Assembly (NCBI GenBank): GCA_030833725.1
Contig: JAURGP010000002.1
Span: forward strand, 6,773 to 70,772
DNA length: 64,000 nucleotides
Direction of reading: 5' to 3'
Source of the DNA: Candidatus Kapaibacterium sp.
GTDB lineage: Bacteria > Bacteroidota > Ignavibacteria > Kapaibacteriales > Kapaibacteriaceae
Shown here: positions 54,065 to 64,000 of the stretch, piece after piece
How positions within the stretch are numbered: position 1 is the stretch's first letter
Layout: each line of letters opens with the position of its first letter
Notes under the pieces: model-generated
Seen by the model: the letters and a program-made list of their open reading frames with translations, nothing else
Database searches by the model: none
Told to the model about the DNA's origin: nothing
Translations under genes and position numbers: made by a program

Positions 54065-55618
54065 ATGTCCACTCTTCGTTTGATCCTGGGCGATCAGTTG
54101 CATAGATCGCATTCCTGGTGTAAGGGGCCTGATCCCGACGTCACCATCGTGATGATGGAGGTCCGCTCCGAGACAGATTATGTGCGTCATCATATCCAGA
54201 AAGTAGCCTGCATCTTCGCAGCGATGCGTGCGTTTGCCGACGAACTTCGTCACCAGGGTCATCGTGTGATCTACATCAAGATCAACGACCCACACAACAA
54301 ACACACCCTAACGGGAAATCTCTCTGCGCTCGTCCACACCCACAAGATCACACGCGTAGAGTATCAAGAACCAGACGAATGGCGTGTGGACGAAGAACTG
54401 GTAAAGTGGTCGCAGAAGGCAGGAGTAGAAACAACCTGCGTCAGCACCGAGCACTTCTATACGCAACGCTACGACCTCCGCGATGTTTTTGGTAAGCGCA
54501 CGCGCTACGTGATGGAAAACTACTACCGTTGGATGCGCAAGCGCTTCAATGTGTTTATGGATGATGATGGAGAGCGTCCCATCGGTGGAAAATGGAACTA
54601 CGACGCTGCTAATCGAAATCCCTGGAAAGGCGAACACGATATTCCACCTCTCTGGAATCCCCACAATGATCTCACGGAGATCGTGCGTGATATCGAGTCG
54701 GCGAAGATCACCACGATAGGTACAATCGACCCCGCCGATGTTCCCTGGCCAATCACGAGAGCTCAAGCTCTCGACCAATTAGAGACGTTTATCTCAGATG
54801 CCTTGCCGCACTTCGGAAGGTACCAAGATGCTATGGTTTCCAACACCAACCCCGCGGCGTGGTACCTCTATCACTCTCGATTGTCGTTTGCCCTTAACAC
54901 GAAGATGCTTACGCCACACGAAGTGGTTGAGCGAGTAGAAGCATGGTGGCACAGCGACGGCACACCAGAAACACTTTCTGCTGTAGAGGGCTTCATCCGA
55001 CAGATCATCGGTTGGCGTGAATACGTTCGTGGTATCTATTGGAGTGAGATGCCAACCTATGCATCATTGAACAGCTTGGATCAGAACAATCGGCTACCAT
55101 CATGGTATTGGACCGGTGCTACGCGGATGAATTGTATGCACAGTGTCATCACGCAATCCCTGGAACACGCCTATGCCCACCACATCCAACGGTTGATGAT
55201 TACTGGCGTGTTTGCAATGATGGCAGAGATAGATCCAAATGACGTAGATGAGTGGTACCTCGGTATCTACATCGATGCGTTTGAATGGGTGGAAATGCCG
55301 AATGTGCGCGGGATGAGTCAGTGGGCCGACGGTGGCAAGGTGAGTACAAAGCCCTATGCCTGTGGTGGTAACTACATCAACAAGATGAGTAACTACTGCA
55401 AGGGCTGCGAGTATACCGTTTCAAAGAAACGGGACGAAGGTGATGCCTGTCCATTCAACGCCCTCTACTGGCACTTCATACATCGGAACCAGAAGATTCT
55501 TCAAACCAATGAGCGTACATCGATCGCCCTGGCTACGTTGCGTAAAATGAAGAACGAGGATCGCATCGCGCTTCTACAACGTGCGCAATGGATCCTCGAT
55601 CACCTTGAGGAGGTGTAG
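54065..55618 (+). CDS. FeS-type bacterial cryptochrome/(6-4) photolyase (PhrB/CryB family)
   Basis: LILGDQL, YVRHHIQK, GGKWNYD..NR, RQIIGWREY, HHIQRLM; four Cys (MNC, YCKGC, ACPF). Confidence 0.92.
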   Translation: MSTLRLILGDQLHRSHSWCKGPDPDVTIVMMEVRSETDYVRHHIQKVACIFAAMRAFADELRHQGHRVIYIKINDPHNKHTLTGNLSALVHTHKITRVEYQEPDEWRVDEELVKWSQKAGVETTCVSTEHFYTQRYDLRDVFGKRTRYVMENYYRWMRKRFNVFMDDDGERPIGGKWNYDAANRNPWKGEHDIPPLWNPHNDLTEIVRDIESAKITTIGTIDPADVPWPITRAQALDQLETFISDALPHFGRYQDAMVSNTNPAAWYLYHSRLSFALNTKMLTPHEVVERVEAWWHSDGTPETLSAVEGFIRQIIGWREYVRGIYWSEMPTYASLNSLDQNNRLPSWYWTGATRMNCMHSVITQSLEHAYAHHIQRLMITGVFAMMAEIDPNDVDEWYLGIYIDAFEWVEMPNVRGMSQWADGGKVSTKPYACGGNYINKMSNYCKGCEYTVSKKRDEGDACPFNALYWHFIHRNQKILQTNERTSIALATLRKMKNEDRIALLQRAQWILDHLEEV

Positions 55619-55625
55619 GGATAGA

Positions 55626-56099
55626 CTACCCAAGGTAGGCGGAGTACATCCACACGAGCTTTTCCTGCTCACGGATGTAGTCGGACATCAATGCATTAGT
55701 ACCCTCGTCACCAGCTTTGCTGGACAGTTCAAGAATCTCCCGCTGTTGTAGCAACACCGTGGTAAATGCACTCAGCACTCGTTGCACGGCCTGACGGCCA
55801 TCCTTGATATTTTCTGCGGGTTTGACCGAGCTGGTCTCGAGGTAGATAGTATGGGTATGGTACGGCGTACCACCCAGAGTCAGCACCCTCTCGGCGAGTT
55901 CGTCTATCTTCAGTTGGAGATTCGTGTACAACTCCTCGAACTTCACATGGAGTTCAAAGAACTTCTCGCCACGGATGTTCCAGTGAAAACCACGCACATT
56001 CTGATAGAAGATGGCGTAGTTCGCCAAGAGTTCGTTCAATTCACCAATCAACTGCTGCGACTTTGCAGCACTAAGACCTATTGCATTGTTCTTTGCCAT
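55626..56099 (-). CDS. dps: DNA protection during starvation protein
   Basis: FHWNIRG..FFELHVKFEELY, IDELAER, EKLVWM. Confidence 0.95.
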   Translation of the reverse strand: MAKNNAIGLSAAKSQQLIGELNELLANYAIFYQNVRGFHWNIRGEKFFELHVKFEELYTNLQLKIDELAERVLTLGGTPYHTHTIYLETSSVKPAENIKDGRQAVQRVLSAFTTVLLQQREILELSSKAGDEGTNALMSDYIREQEKLVWMYSAYLG

Positions 56100-56138
56100 G
56101 CGTCTCCCGTTGACATCGTGGAAAGAGACGCAGACGAT

Positions 56139-57152
56139 CTACTCACCTACTTGTTTGATGTACGCACAACATAAATCCACCGTAGCCTGAATTCCCTGTA
56201 CGTGCGTACGCTCCATTCCATGGGAAGCGGCCACACCAGGCCCGATCAACGCCACACGGTAGTCTCTTCCGGCCCGCCAGGCAGCGGTACCATCGGAGCT
56301 GTAAAACGGATACACATCCACACTGTGTGGAATAGTGTGGGATTCAGCCAGTGCAACAAGGCTCGTCCTCATCCCATAATCGTATGGACCACCGGAGTCC
56401 TTCGCACAGATGGAGCAGAGCGTCTCGCGACCGTCAACAGCGTCACCCACCACCCCCATATCGATCACCAGGAGATCGCGTATCGAATCGCTGAAACCTG
56501 TCGTACCTCCATGACCTACTTCTTCATACGTACTGAAGAACAACTCGACGCCGATGGTAGGGGGCTGATCGCGCAGGGCTCGTGCCACTTCGAACAACAC
56601 GTAACAACCAGCCTTATTGTCCAGAAAGTGGCTCTTGATGTATCCGTTAGGCAGAGCTTGATATCGAGGGTCTACTGCGATGATGTCCCCTACCCGGATG
56701 CCAAGGGCCTGCACATCCTTCACCGAGCGCACATCCTCGTCGAGACGAACGTGCATCGTATCAACACTTCGCTCGCTGGTACCGGCAACACGGTTAGCGT
56801 GCGTCGACGGATTATTCAAGAGCATCGTTCCGTTGTACACGCTCCCATTCATCGTGTGGATACGCACGTAACTCCCCTCGAACGTAGGCAACAACGGAGA
56901 TCCCAGGAGGGAAAACGCCAATGTACCATCCGACTTGATCTTACTAACAATCGCCCCTAGTGTATCGGTGTGGGCAGCCAGCCCGATGACGGGATCGCTT
57001 CCTAACTGCGCAACGACAGCCCCCTTCACCGTTCGCCTCACCGACCATCCGAGATCTTCTAGTGTGGCGGCGATAAAATCCGAAGCCGCCTGGGTGTATC
57101 CCGTGGGTGAATCAATGGCAATAAGCTCGCCGAGGAGATGGAGTGTGTCCAT
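56139..57152 (-). CDS. M42-family metallopeptidase
   Basis: SPTGYT, AHTDT, LDNK, YEEVGHG, IDMG, SHG.ER. Confidence 0.88.
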   Translation of the reverse strand: MDTLHLLGELIAIDSPTGYTQAASDFIAATLEDLGWSVRRTVKGAVVAQLGSDPVIGLAAHTDTLGAIVSKIKSDGTLAFSLLGSPLLPTFEGSYVRIHTMNGSVYNGTMLLNNPSTHANRVAGTSERSVDTMHVRLDEDVRSVKDVQALGIRVGDIIAVDPRYQALPNGYIKSHFLDNKAGCYVLFEVARALRDQPPTIGVELFFSTYEEVGHGGTTGFSDSIRDLLVIDMGVVGDAVDGRETLCSICAKDSGGPYDYGMRTSLVALAESHTIPHSVDVYPFYSSDGTAAWRAGRDYRVALIGPGVAASHGMERTHVQGIQATVDLCCAYIKQVGE

Positions 57153-57206
57153 AAAACGCTTCGTCTGTGTGTATGTTCGTCTCTCAGCAAACATACAGCT
57201 CGATCA

Positions 57207-58448
57207 ATGCCACATATCACCACCTATTCCCACACCCTTCAGAACGGGATGCGCGTGATTGCGTGTCCGATCCCCGACACAGCACTCGTAACCGTTCACG
57301 TTCAGTACAATGTTGGTTCGTTCAACGAAGATCCGTCCCGCACAGGATTAGCGCACCTGTTCGAACACTTGATGTTCGACAACACGTCCACAGGTGTGGA
57401 CAAACACTACGACGCTCTCTGCACGAGAGCAGGTGGCACGAACAACGCCTATACCACCTACGATCATACCGCTTACCATATCACGCTGCCATCGCATCAG
57501 ATGGAGTTGGGCTTGTGGCTCGAGGCTGATCGTATGCAGGCCTTTGCAATCACAGATCAAGCGTTAAGGGTTCAGCAAAGTGTGGTGGTAGAAGAAATCA
57601 ATCAGAATGTAGAGAACCAGCCGTACGGTCAGGTGTGGCCTACCATCGATCGTATGTCCTTCACACCCGACAGTCACTACTCGTGGAACGTATATGGAAG
57701 CGCCCACCACGTAGAAGCCGTGTCTATGGAGGATGCTACCACGTTCTTTCACCGTTACTACCAGCCGGCAAACGCAGTATTAGTCGTAGCCGGTGGTTGC
57801 AATCCAGAAGAAGTGTTCAGGCTGGCCGATCTGTACTTTGGGTTGATACCCTCCGCTACTATTCCACACCACCCACAACCAGTTATCGGTGTGCAGAGTG
57901 GTCAACACGAGATATTGCGTGATCGCGTTCCTGCCGAGGCAGCCTTTATCACCATACCACTTCCACCACAAACAGACGCTCGCATCTTCGATGCCGAGAT
58001 TGTCTCCCGTGTGATTGGTGGTGGAACCAGTAGCTCGTTGTATCAGCATTTGGTTCACACCACGCGCTCGGCGAGTTACACCGGTGCCTTTATCGACCGT
58101 CGTGCCCATGCCTCACTGATGATCATCTACGCCTATGGTCTCGACCATACTATCACCGCGGATCGACTTGTCCAGGAGATGCAACACGCCATTCTACACA
58201 CAGCACTCACATCGCAGGCGATTTCCAAGGCCGTACAACAACTACGAACGGCGCACGCATTCGAACTCCAGCGAAGTAGTTCGATCGCAAATGAAGTTGC
58301 CTACAACGCGATGTACTTTCAGCATCCGGAACAGGTCAACACTGTATTGGAGGCCTATGCATCGCGGACAGAGGAGGATGTTCACGCAATGTTCGCGCGT
58401 GTGTGTACCACAAACACGTGGAACCGACTAGATGTGATACCAGCGTAG
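57207..58448 (+). CDS. M16 (pitrilysin) family zinc peptidase
   Basis: GLAHLFEH (HxxEH), NAYT..D.T.Y, LEADRM, YYQPANAVL. Confidence 0.9.
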   Translation: MPHITTYSHTLQNGMRVIACPIPDTALVTVHVQYNVGSFNEDPSRTGLAHLFEHLMFDNTSTGVDKHYDALCTRAGGTNNAYTTYDHTAYHITLPSHQMELGLWLEADRMQAFAITDQALRVQQSVVVEEINQNVENQPYGQVWPTIDRMSFTPDSHYSWNVYGSAHHVEAVSMEDATTFFHRYYQPANAVLVVAGGCNPEEVFRLADLYFGLIPSATIPHHPQPVIGVQSGQHEILRDRVPAEAAFITIPLPPQTDARIFDAEIVSRVIGGGTSSSLYQHLVHTTRSASYTGAFIDRRAHASLMIIYAYGLDHTITADRLVQEMQHAILHTALTSQAISKAVQQLRTAHAFELQRSSSIANEVAYNAMYFQHPEQVNTVLEAYASRTEEDVHAMFARVCTTNTWNRLDVIPA

Positions 58449-58468
58449 GTATCTAAGGAGTGAAGAGC

Positions 58469-59212
58469 TTAGTACTTCACACCATGCTCGTTTACGAGCA
58501 CCCGTATACACGAGCGGCGGTTGTACTCTTTGGCATACGATAGTGCCGTACGGGTGCTGTAATCCATCAGGGTTGGATCTGCTCCCATCTTCAATAGGAG
58601 TCGGAGCATTTCGTACTCACCGTGGACACATACCAACATGGCAGGTGTCCTACCCATGAGGTCGCGGGTGTTGGGATCTGCACCCCGATCCAACAACTCC
58701 GTCATCACGTTCATGTTCTTAGATCCACAGGCAATCATCAGGGCGGTATTGCCCTTGCGGTCTCGAAACTCCGTGGCCGCACCCGCGTCGAGCAGCGCTG
58801 TCGCAACGTTCGTTGCACCAGAGGTTGCTGCTACCATGAGCGGCGTCCTACCAGCAGAGTCGAACACGTTGGGTTTGGCACCAGCAGAGATCAACAACGG
58901 TGCTACGGCATCACTCACGTTGTACGCAGCGGCATGCAGTGCTGTCATTCCATTGAAAGATCCCATCGTTGGATCGGCACCGTGCTTCAGTAGGAGCTCA
59001 ACCATGGCGCTATCGTTTGCAATCGATGCGACCATCAACCCAGTAATGCCAATATCGTCCTGTTCGTTCACATCTGCCGAACCAGCAACCAATAACGACG
59101 ACACACGGTTCGCATCGCCGGTGGAAACAGCCTCGACAAAGGCCTGAGCGTCCGCATGTGAAGTGAACACCCACAGGAATACGACTGCTGTAACAAGGCG
59201 AGCAAGGATCAT
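58469..59212 (-). CDS. Exported ankyrin-repeat protein
   Basis: Signal peptide; repeated G.T(P/A)L..A...LL..GAD units. Confidence 0.88.
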   Translation of the reverse strand: MILARLVTAVVFLWVFTSHADAQAFVEAVSTGDANRVSSLLVAGSADVNEQDDIGITGLMVASIANDSAMVELLLKHGADPTMGSFNGMTALHAAAYNVSDAVAPLLISAGAKPNVFDSAGRTPLMVAATSGATNVATALLDAGAATEFRDRKGNTALMIACGSKNMNVMTELLDRGADPNTRDLMGRTPAMLVCVHGEYEMLRLLLKMGADPTLMDYSTRTALSYAKEYNRRSCIRVLVNEHGVKY

Positions 59213-59216
59213 ACGA

Positions 59217-59837
59217 CTATAGCCCCTGCCGCTGCAGGAAGATTCCTTTATCCACCTTGGCAAAGAAGTCCTGATAGAACTTCATATCGTCGATGGTGTA
59301 GACCTCTGCCTGCACACCGTTGTTATCCAGGATCTTGGCCAGAAAATTGGCGCGTACGCGAGAGCGCTTACCAATCTCCGATACGTTGATGCTTACCTCG
59401 ATCACCTTGAACTTGTTATACCGGCTGTCGGTAGTTGTGGTGCTCCGCTGCGACTGCGCCCGACCCTTGGTTCTAAAGATCTGATTAAAGATCTCCTCCC
59501 ACGCGTCACCAGTGTTGTTGTTGGCAGTATTGGAAGCACGCGTTCCACCGGACAGTTGGAGTTCCTTGGTTGCTGTGAGGAGCCCTAGGTCGATCACGGC
59601 ATTCTTCACCACAAAACCGTCGTCCTGCAGAACATTCAACACGGCCTTCAGCACCAGTTTCGTGTCGTTGGTGTCGAACTCGCGGGTCTGGAACTCCCGA
59701 ACCTCCAGCTGAGTCTTCGGTGCAGGAGATTGCCGTGGTCCGTTGATGATGGTACAGGCCGATGTACCCCCAACGAGGAGCACCACCACAACGAACCCTT
59801 CTAGCAAGCGTTTGAGCACAGAACGTCCCTTTCTCAA
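59217..59837 (-). CDS. Hypothetical lipoprotein
   Basis: Lipobox TSAC; coupled to the upstream gene by a 4-nt overlap; function unknown. Confidence 0.7.
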   Translation of the reverse strand: MRKGRSVLKRLLEGFVVVVLLVGGTSACTIINGPRQSPAPKTQLEVREFQTREFDTNDTKLVLKAVLNVLQDDGFVVKNAVIDLGLLTATKELQLSGGTRASNTANNNTGDAWEEIFNQIFRTKGRAQSQRSTTTTDSRYNKFKVIEVSINVSEIGKRSRVRANFLAKILDNNGVQAEVYTIDDMKFYQDFFAKVDKGIFLQRQGL

Positions 59838-60250
59838 AACTTGCTTTGGTGGTAGGTGTACGAGTCAACCTTCATATCGGTGTTGAAGCGAATCACTACT
59901 GTCAGCGTCCGTTGCGTGGTACTGCTTGCTCCAGACCGATTTGAAAACCCACCGAGAATCAAGAAGAGTGAGTTTTGCGACTGCGAGTAAGAAGCCTCGG
60001 TGGCGATTTTATCATACACCCACGTTTCCCGTTCGTTTTCATCCCGGGTTACGATGTTAGGAGATCCGAGGGCCTCGGCAACTTCGGCACCCGACATTCC
60101 CTTGCGGATCTCTTTCTGTACGACCCCTACCGTCATCTCCCGTTCCCGGGTTGACGTAAGATCGTTACGGTTATCCTGGACTGTGCGGCACGACGGAATC
60201 GTGGTGGCAAGCAACGCACAACAGGCAAGAATCGCCAATGCTGGTTTCAT
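59834..60250 (-). CDS. SmpA/BamE-like lipoprotein
   Basis: Lipobox IPSC; IRKGMS..EV...LGSP...ETWVY...L.V.F pattern. Confidence 0.7.
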   Translation of the reverse strand: MKPALAILACCALLATTIPSCRTVQDNRNDLTSTREREMTVGVVQKEIRKGMSGAEVAEALGSPNIVTRDENERETWVYDKIATEASYSQSQNSLFLILGGFSNRSGASSTTQRTLTVVIRFNTDMKVDSYTYHQSKF

Positions 60251-60290
60251 AATCGATCCGAGATGAAAGAAACGATACAATTCTACGGCT

Positions 60291-61088
60291 TCAGAAGTGA
60301 CCAATCACTCCCAAGTTGAACATCACCATGCGTGGTGACGGCACCAATACCTGCTCGATTGTATAGGAACCCGCATCCAACTGGAAGGCGGGGATAGCTA
60401 CATCCGTGTTCCGCAGGTACCGGAAGCGTACATCAATCGCCACGCGCTCCACCTCATCGGGAATGGTGATGATGTTTGCCAGTGTCACCATCACACCAGC
60501 CCCGATCCCATACGTCCAGCTAGCATTGGTTTCTGGCTGAGGGCCCGTAAACGTGGTGTTCTGATCAACACGTGTTGGTCTGACTTCGGCCGAGGTGGAA
60601 AACAACGAAAAGCCCCCTACCCCTTCCACGTATGGAAAGAAGGTGTTCATCAGATTGGGCTGAAACCGCACTCCAACCGTAACAGGGATGTGGACGTTCT
60701 GCGATTCTAGGCGGTATTCGGTCCGCTGGTAAGAACCGCTCCCCATAAAGTTCACGGCAAACTGCCCCGTAATGGCCAGGGGAATCGGATCGAAGTAGTA
60801 TGCCACATCGAAGCCTAGGCCATACCCCACAGATGGTGCATCCAGACTCTGGTAGGCCGAGCGGAGTGAATCCTGCGGATTCACTACCATAAAGTTCATC
60901 CCGAACATCCAGTTCAGCGGCTGATCCATGAGATAGTCGATCGTAGCCTGATCCAAGGTGTCCGGAACCTCGGCTGTTGTTTGCTGGGCACTGGCAAGCG
61001 GCACGACTGCCAACCATGCAAGCATCACACCAACGGTATACCTGAGCGTTTTCACCTCACAAGATCGGGCAAGAAATCGAAAAAACAT
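60291..61088 (-). CDS. Outer-membrane beta-barrel protein
   Basis: Signal peptide, FFPYVEG.GG, YGIGAG, C-terminal Phe; start uncertain. Confidence 0.7.
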   Translation of the reverse strand: MFFRFLARSCEVKTLRYTVGVMLAWLAVVPLASAQQTTAEVPDTLDQATIDYLMDQPLNWMFGMNFMVVNPQDSLRSAYQSLDAPSVGYGLGFDVAYYFDPIPLAITGQFAVNFMGSGSYQRTEYRLESQNVHIPVTVGVRFQPNLMNTFFPYVEGVGGFSLFSTSAEVRPTRVDQNTTFTGPQPETNASWTYGIGAGVMVTLANIITIPDEVERVAIDVRFRYLRNTDVAIPAFQLDAGSYTIEQVLVPSPRMVMFNLGVIGHF

Positions 61089-61190
61089 CGGCGTTTTAAC
61101 ATGTGGTTACGCCGCCCACGTCACGAGACGATAACGTGCAGGAGCCCATGATAGCTCGGAGTTTTGTGTACGATTTCGGGGGGAATCCGT

Positions 61191-62072
61191 ATGAACCGAC
61201 GAACAGCGCTATCGCTCCTAGGTCTGGGTGCAGCATCTCTAGCCATTGGTCTGAAGCCATTAATTGCCGAAGCTTCATCTGCAGTGTGGGCATGTTGGAT
61301 AGGTCATTCCACCGTCCTGCTCAGACTGGGATCGACGTGGGTACTCACAGATCCGGTCATGTTCGATGCCTATGGCGTAAACGTGCTTGGAATGACTCTT
61401 GGCCCGCGCAGAATCGTGCCACCAGCCATCACGATCGATCGTATCCCACGGCCAGACCTGGTGCTGCTTTCGCACGCCCATATGGATCACATGGATCGCC
61501 GTACGCTCACAGCCCTTGCAGATATGTATCCCGGTGAGATTGACGTGATCACAGCAACGAATACTGCCGATGTGATCCGAGACCTTCCGTGGAGAGCACT
61601 CAACGAGATGGATTGGGGTGAACACGCATCATTACACGGTATCGAGTTGACAGCCTTGCGCGTGCAACACAATGGAGCACGGATGCCCGGAGAACCGTGT
61701 CGATCCGCCGGGTATCGGCGAACGGGACGCAGCTACAATGGATACTACATCAACTACGACGGTCGCGGTTTGGTGTTTGCCGGCGACACGGCCTACACAA
61801 CGTTGTTTCGCGACGTGAAAAAACCTGTCCACCTAGCCATGATGCCTATTGGTGCCTACGGGACATGCCGAGATGTACACTGTACACCAGAGGAAGCCCT
61901 GGCAATGGCGGAAATGATGAAGGCTGAATCAGTGATGCCTATTCATCACAGTACCTTCAATCAGCTCGAAGAGCCCCTTACAGAACCTCTCGAACGTTTG
62001 CGCATTGTTCAATCGTACTCACCCGAACTTTCGGTGGTAGCCACCAGACAAGGGCAAACGTTTCAGGTGTAG
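61191..62072 (+). CDS. Metallo-beta-lactamase-fold hydrolase (NAPE-PLD/RomA-like), Tat signal
   Basis: MNRR Tat-like leader; WIGHST, TDP, SHAHMDH, FAGDT, PIGAY, PIHH. Confidence 0.85.
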   Translation: MNRRTALSLLGLGAASLAIGLKPLIAEASSAVWACWIGHSTVLLRLGSTWVLTDPVMFDAYGVNVLGMTLGPRRIVPPAITIDRIPRPDLVLLSHAHMDHMDRRTLTALADMYPGEIDVITATNTADVIRDLPWRALNEMDWGEHASLHGIELTALRVQHNGARMPGEPCRSAGYRRTGRSYNGYYINYDGRGLVFAGDTAYTTLFRDVKKPVHLAMMPIGAYGTCRDVHCTPEEALAMAEMMKAESVMPIHHSTFNQLEEPLTEPLERLRIVQSYSPELSVVATRQGQTFQV

Positions 62073-62089
62073 CTACTGTAACTTGTGTC

Positions 62090-63391
62090 ATGGCTACCAC
62101 GACGGTTTCGATGACGCCCCCTCTCGCCGATCGGATGCGGCCGACCACCATTAATCAAGTGGTTGGTCAGGAACATCTGTTGGGACAGGGTGGCCCAATT
62201 CAACGGTTTATCGAGCAAGGGGCTTTACCCTCGATGATCCTGTGGGGTCCGCCTGGAACGGGAAAGACCACGATTGCCCAGGCGATCTGTGCGTCGGCAG
62301 GCATCAAGATGGAGCGCTTGAGCGCTATCGAATCCGGTGTGAAGGACCTGCGCGCCGTGATTGAGCGCGCAGCTGCTGTGCCGTTGGATCCGCGGAAGAC
62401 CGTGGTGTTCATCGATGAGATTCATCGATTTACGAAGTCTCAACAGGACGCACTTCTCCATGCCGTGGAGCGGGGAGTGATTACCCTGATCGGTGCAACC
62501 ACCGAGAATCCCAGCTTCGAGGTGAATGCCGCCTTGTTGAGTAGGTGTCATGTGTATCGACTGCAATCTCTCACCGACGACCACCTTCGGGAGATCGTTG
62601 AGCGGGCCTGCAACACAGATACGGTCTTATCGGCGATGCACGTGGTGGTGGACGACTGGTCGGTGCTGCTGCAGTTGAGCGGAGGTGATGCACGAAGTGC
62701 TCTCAACGCCTTGGAAACAGCTGCTTCGATTGCCGAGCCCGATCAGAATAGTGAGCGACACCTTACCGCAGAGGTTCTTCAGCGTGCTGTGCAACGCAAA
62801 CTTGCCCGTTACGACCGCGCCGGAGAATCACACTACGATACAGCCTCGGCCCTGATCAAGAGTATGCGGGGAAGCGATCCCAATGCTGCTCTGCTCTACC
62901 TAGCCATCATGATTGATGCGGGCGAGGATCCCCTCTTCATCGCACGAAGGTTGATCATCTTTGCCAGCGAGGATATCGGAAATGCCGATCCCCGTGCTCT
63001 GCCCCTTGCGACGGCTACATTCCAAGCGATTGAGCGCATCGGTATGCCAGAAGGCCGAATTCCACTAGCACAATGCGTCACGTTTCTTGCCAGCGCGCCG
63101 AAGTCCAATGCTTCGTACGTTGGTATCGGTGCAGCGCTAGAGGCCGTTCAGCGCACGGGTACAACCACGATTCCGCTCCATCTACGAAACGCCCCAACGC
63201 ACTTGATGAAAAGCGAGGGCTACGGCAAGGACTACATGTATCCGCACAACGCACCAGGACACTTCGTGCCAGGGGCAGAGTACTTCCCACCGGAGGTGCC
63301 ACCGATCAGCTTCTACCAGCCCGATGGGCAGGGGGCTGAGGCAGCAGTGTTGGAGAGATTACGCCAGTGGTGGCCGGAGCGCTATCGCTGA
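62090..63391 (+). CDS. rarA: Replication-associated recombination protein A
   Basis: [52 protein letters not shown]. Confidence 0.95.
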   Translation: MATTTVSMTPPLADRMRPTTINQVVGQEHLLGQGGPIQRFIEQGALPSMILWGPPGTGKTTIAQAICASAGIKMERLSAIESGVKDLRAVIERAAAVPLDPRKTVVFIDEIHRFTKSQQDALLHAVERGVITLIGATTENPSFEVNAALLSRCHVYRLQSLTDDHLREIVERACNTDTVLSAMHVVVDDWSVLLQLSGGDARSALNALETAASIAEPDQNSERHLTAEVLQRAVQRKLARYDRAGESHYDTASALIKSMRGSDPNAALLYLAIMIDAGEDPLFIARRLIIFASEDIGNADPRALPLATATFQAIERIGMPEGRIPLAQCVTFLASAPKSNASYVGIGAALEAVQRTGTTTIPLHLRNAPTHLMKSEGYGKDYMYPHNAPGHFVPGAEYFPPEVPPISFYQPDGQGAEAAVLERLRQWWPERYR

Positions 63392-64000
63392 GTGCTATCG
63401 GTAGATTGTTGTCGTTCCTGCTCGGCTCGTTTCTTCGCCTCCCGAGCTCTCCGCTCTCGACGAAGTTTGTTGAAGTCGATACTCTCCCGCAGAGTAACGC
63501 CCTCGCGAATGTGGCCACGCTCTCGGATAATCTCCTCGGCGGTGACGTAGCGGGTCTTGTCGGGTAGTCCACCGCGAACCACATGAGGAATCTGTGAGAT
63601 GGGGATCAGTGCTTCCTCAACGGCCATGGGATCGGCCGGGAGTTCCAGTTCAATGTCGCGGTTGCTGGTAAGGTCCAACCAAGGACCTCCCTTCTTTCGC
63701 GTGAAATCAAACACGTCGATGATCAGAATTGGTGTGCCTGTCATCGGAATGATGCGACGCGTCTCCTTGTTCACCGCACCTCGATCTACCCACTTGTACA
63801 ACCATTCCGCATCTGCCAGGAACTGACGCACGCAGCTATGCGACACCGGACGGCCCGGCATGTCGAACTGGTGAAAGGCACTACCGGCGTAGAGATGGAA
63901 GTTGACTGTGTACGGAAGAATCCATGTGGAGTCCAGAGAGCTCTTCCGAAGACGATCGATCCAGTTTACGGCATACCGGCCAGGGAGTGTTGGTTTGCGC
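63382..64000 (-). CDS. L,D-transpeptidase (YkuD) domain protein, partial (runs off right edge)
   Basis: Frame open to the edge: KPTLPGRY...FHQFDMPGRPVSHSCVR (His/Cys catalytic motif). Confidence 0.82.
   Translation of the reverse strand, partial: RKPTLPGRYAVNWIDRLRKSSLDSTWILPYTVNFHLYAGSAFHQFDMPGRPVSHSCVRQFLADAEWLYKWVDRGAVNKETRRIIPMTGTPILIIDVFDFTRKKGGPWLDLTSNRDIELELPADPMAVEEALIPISQIPHVVRGGLPDKTRYVTAEEIIRERGHIREGVTLRESIDFNKLRRERRAREAKKRAEQERQQSTDSTQR

Overview
64 kb of chromosome from an FCB-group bacterium. T9SS C-terminal sorting domains, TAnnTTTG promoters and DUF2795 support this; Ca. Kapabacteria-like is my inference. The left ~27 kb is accessory and secretome DNA: T9SS cargo enzymes, a copper/oxidase cluster (tyrosinase | multicopper oxidase-redoxin-YHYH-MbnP-MbnH), a DTE-motif xanthorhodopsin-type rhodopsin and two decayed gene fragments. 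The most striking unexplained signal is a modular palindromic repeat, core ACGCCGGGAAAA-(GG/CC)-TTTTCCCGGCGT. It has 11 full loci between 11.5 and 26.6 kb plus one half copy at 7.9 kb, and I saw none in the other ~37 kb. Most copies mark gene boundaries, two sit in frame inside genes (peptide TPGK[G/P]FPGV), one supplies a stop codon, and two border gene remnants. No transposase is visible. The right ~37 kb is mostly housekeeping: comM, an rnhA split at an in-frame A_AAA_AAG/A9 site, dut, rpiB, bshB1, a fragmented dcw block (rsmH-murF-mraY), ispD-alkB, bamA/tamA, iaaA-coaX-birA, mnmE, mnmG, serS, an FeS photolyase, dps and rarA. It also has two parS sites and a candidate oriC. No rRNA, tRNA or CRISPR array was recognised. 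All calls are by eye from motifs; no database search was run.
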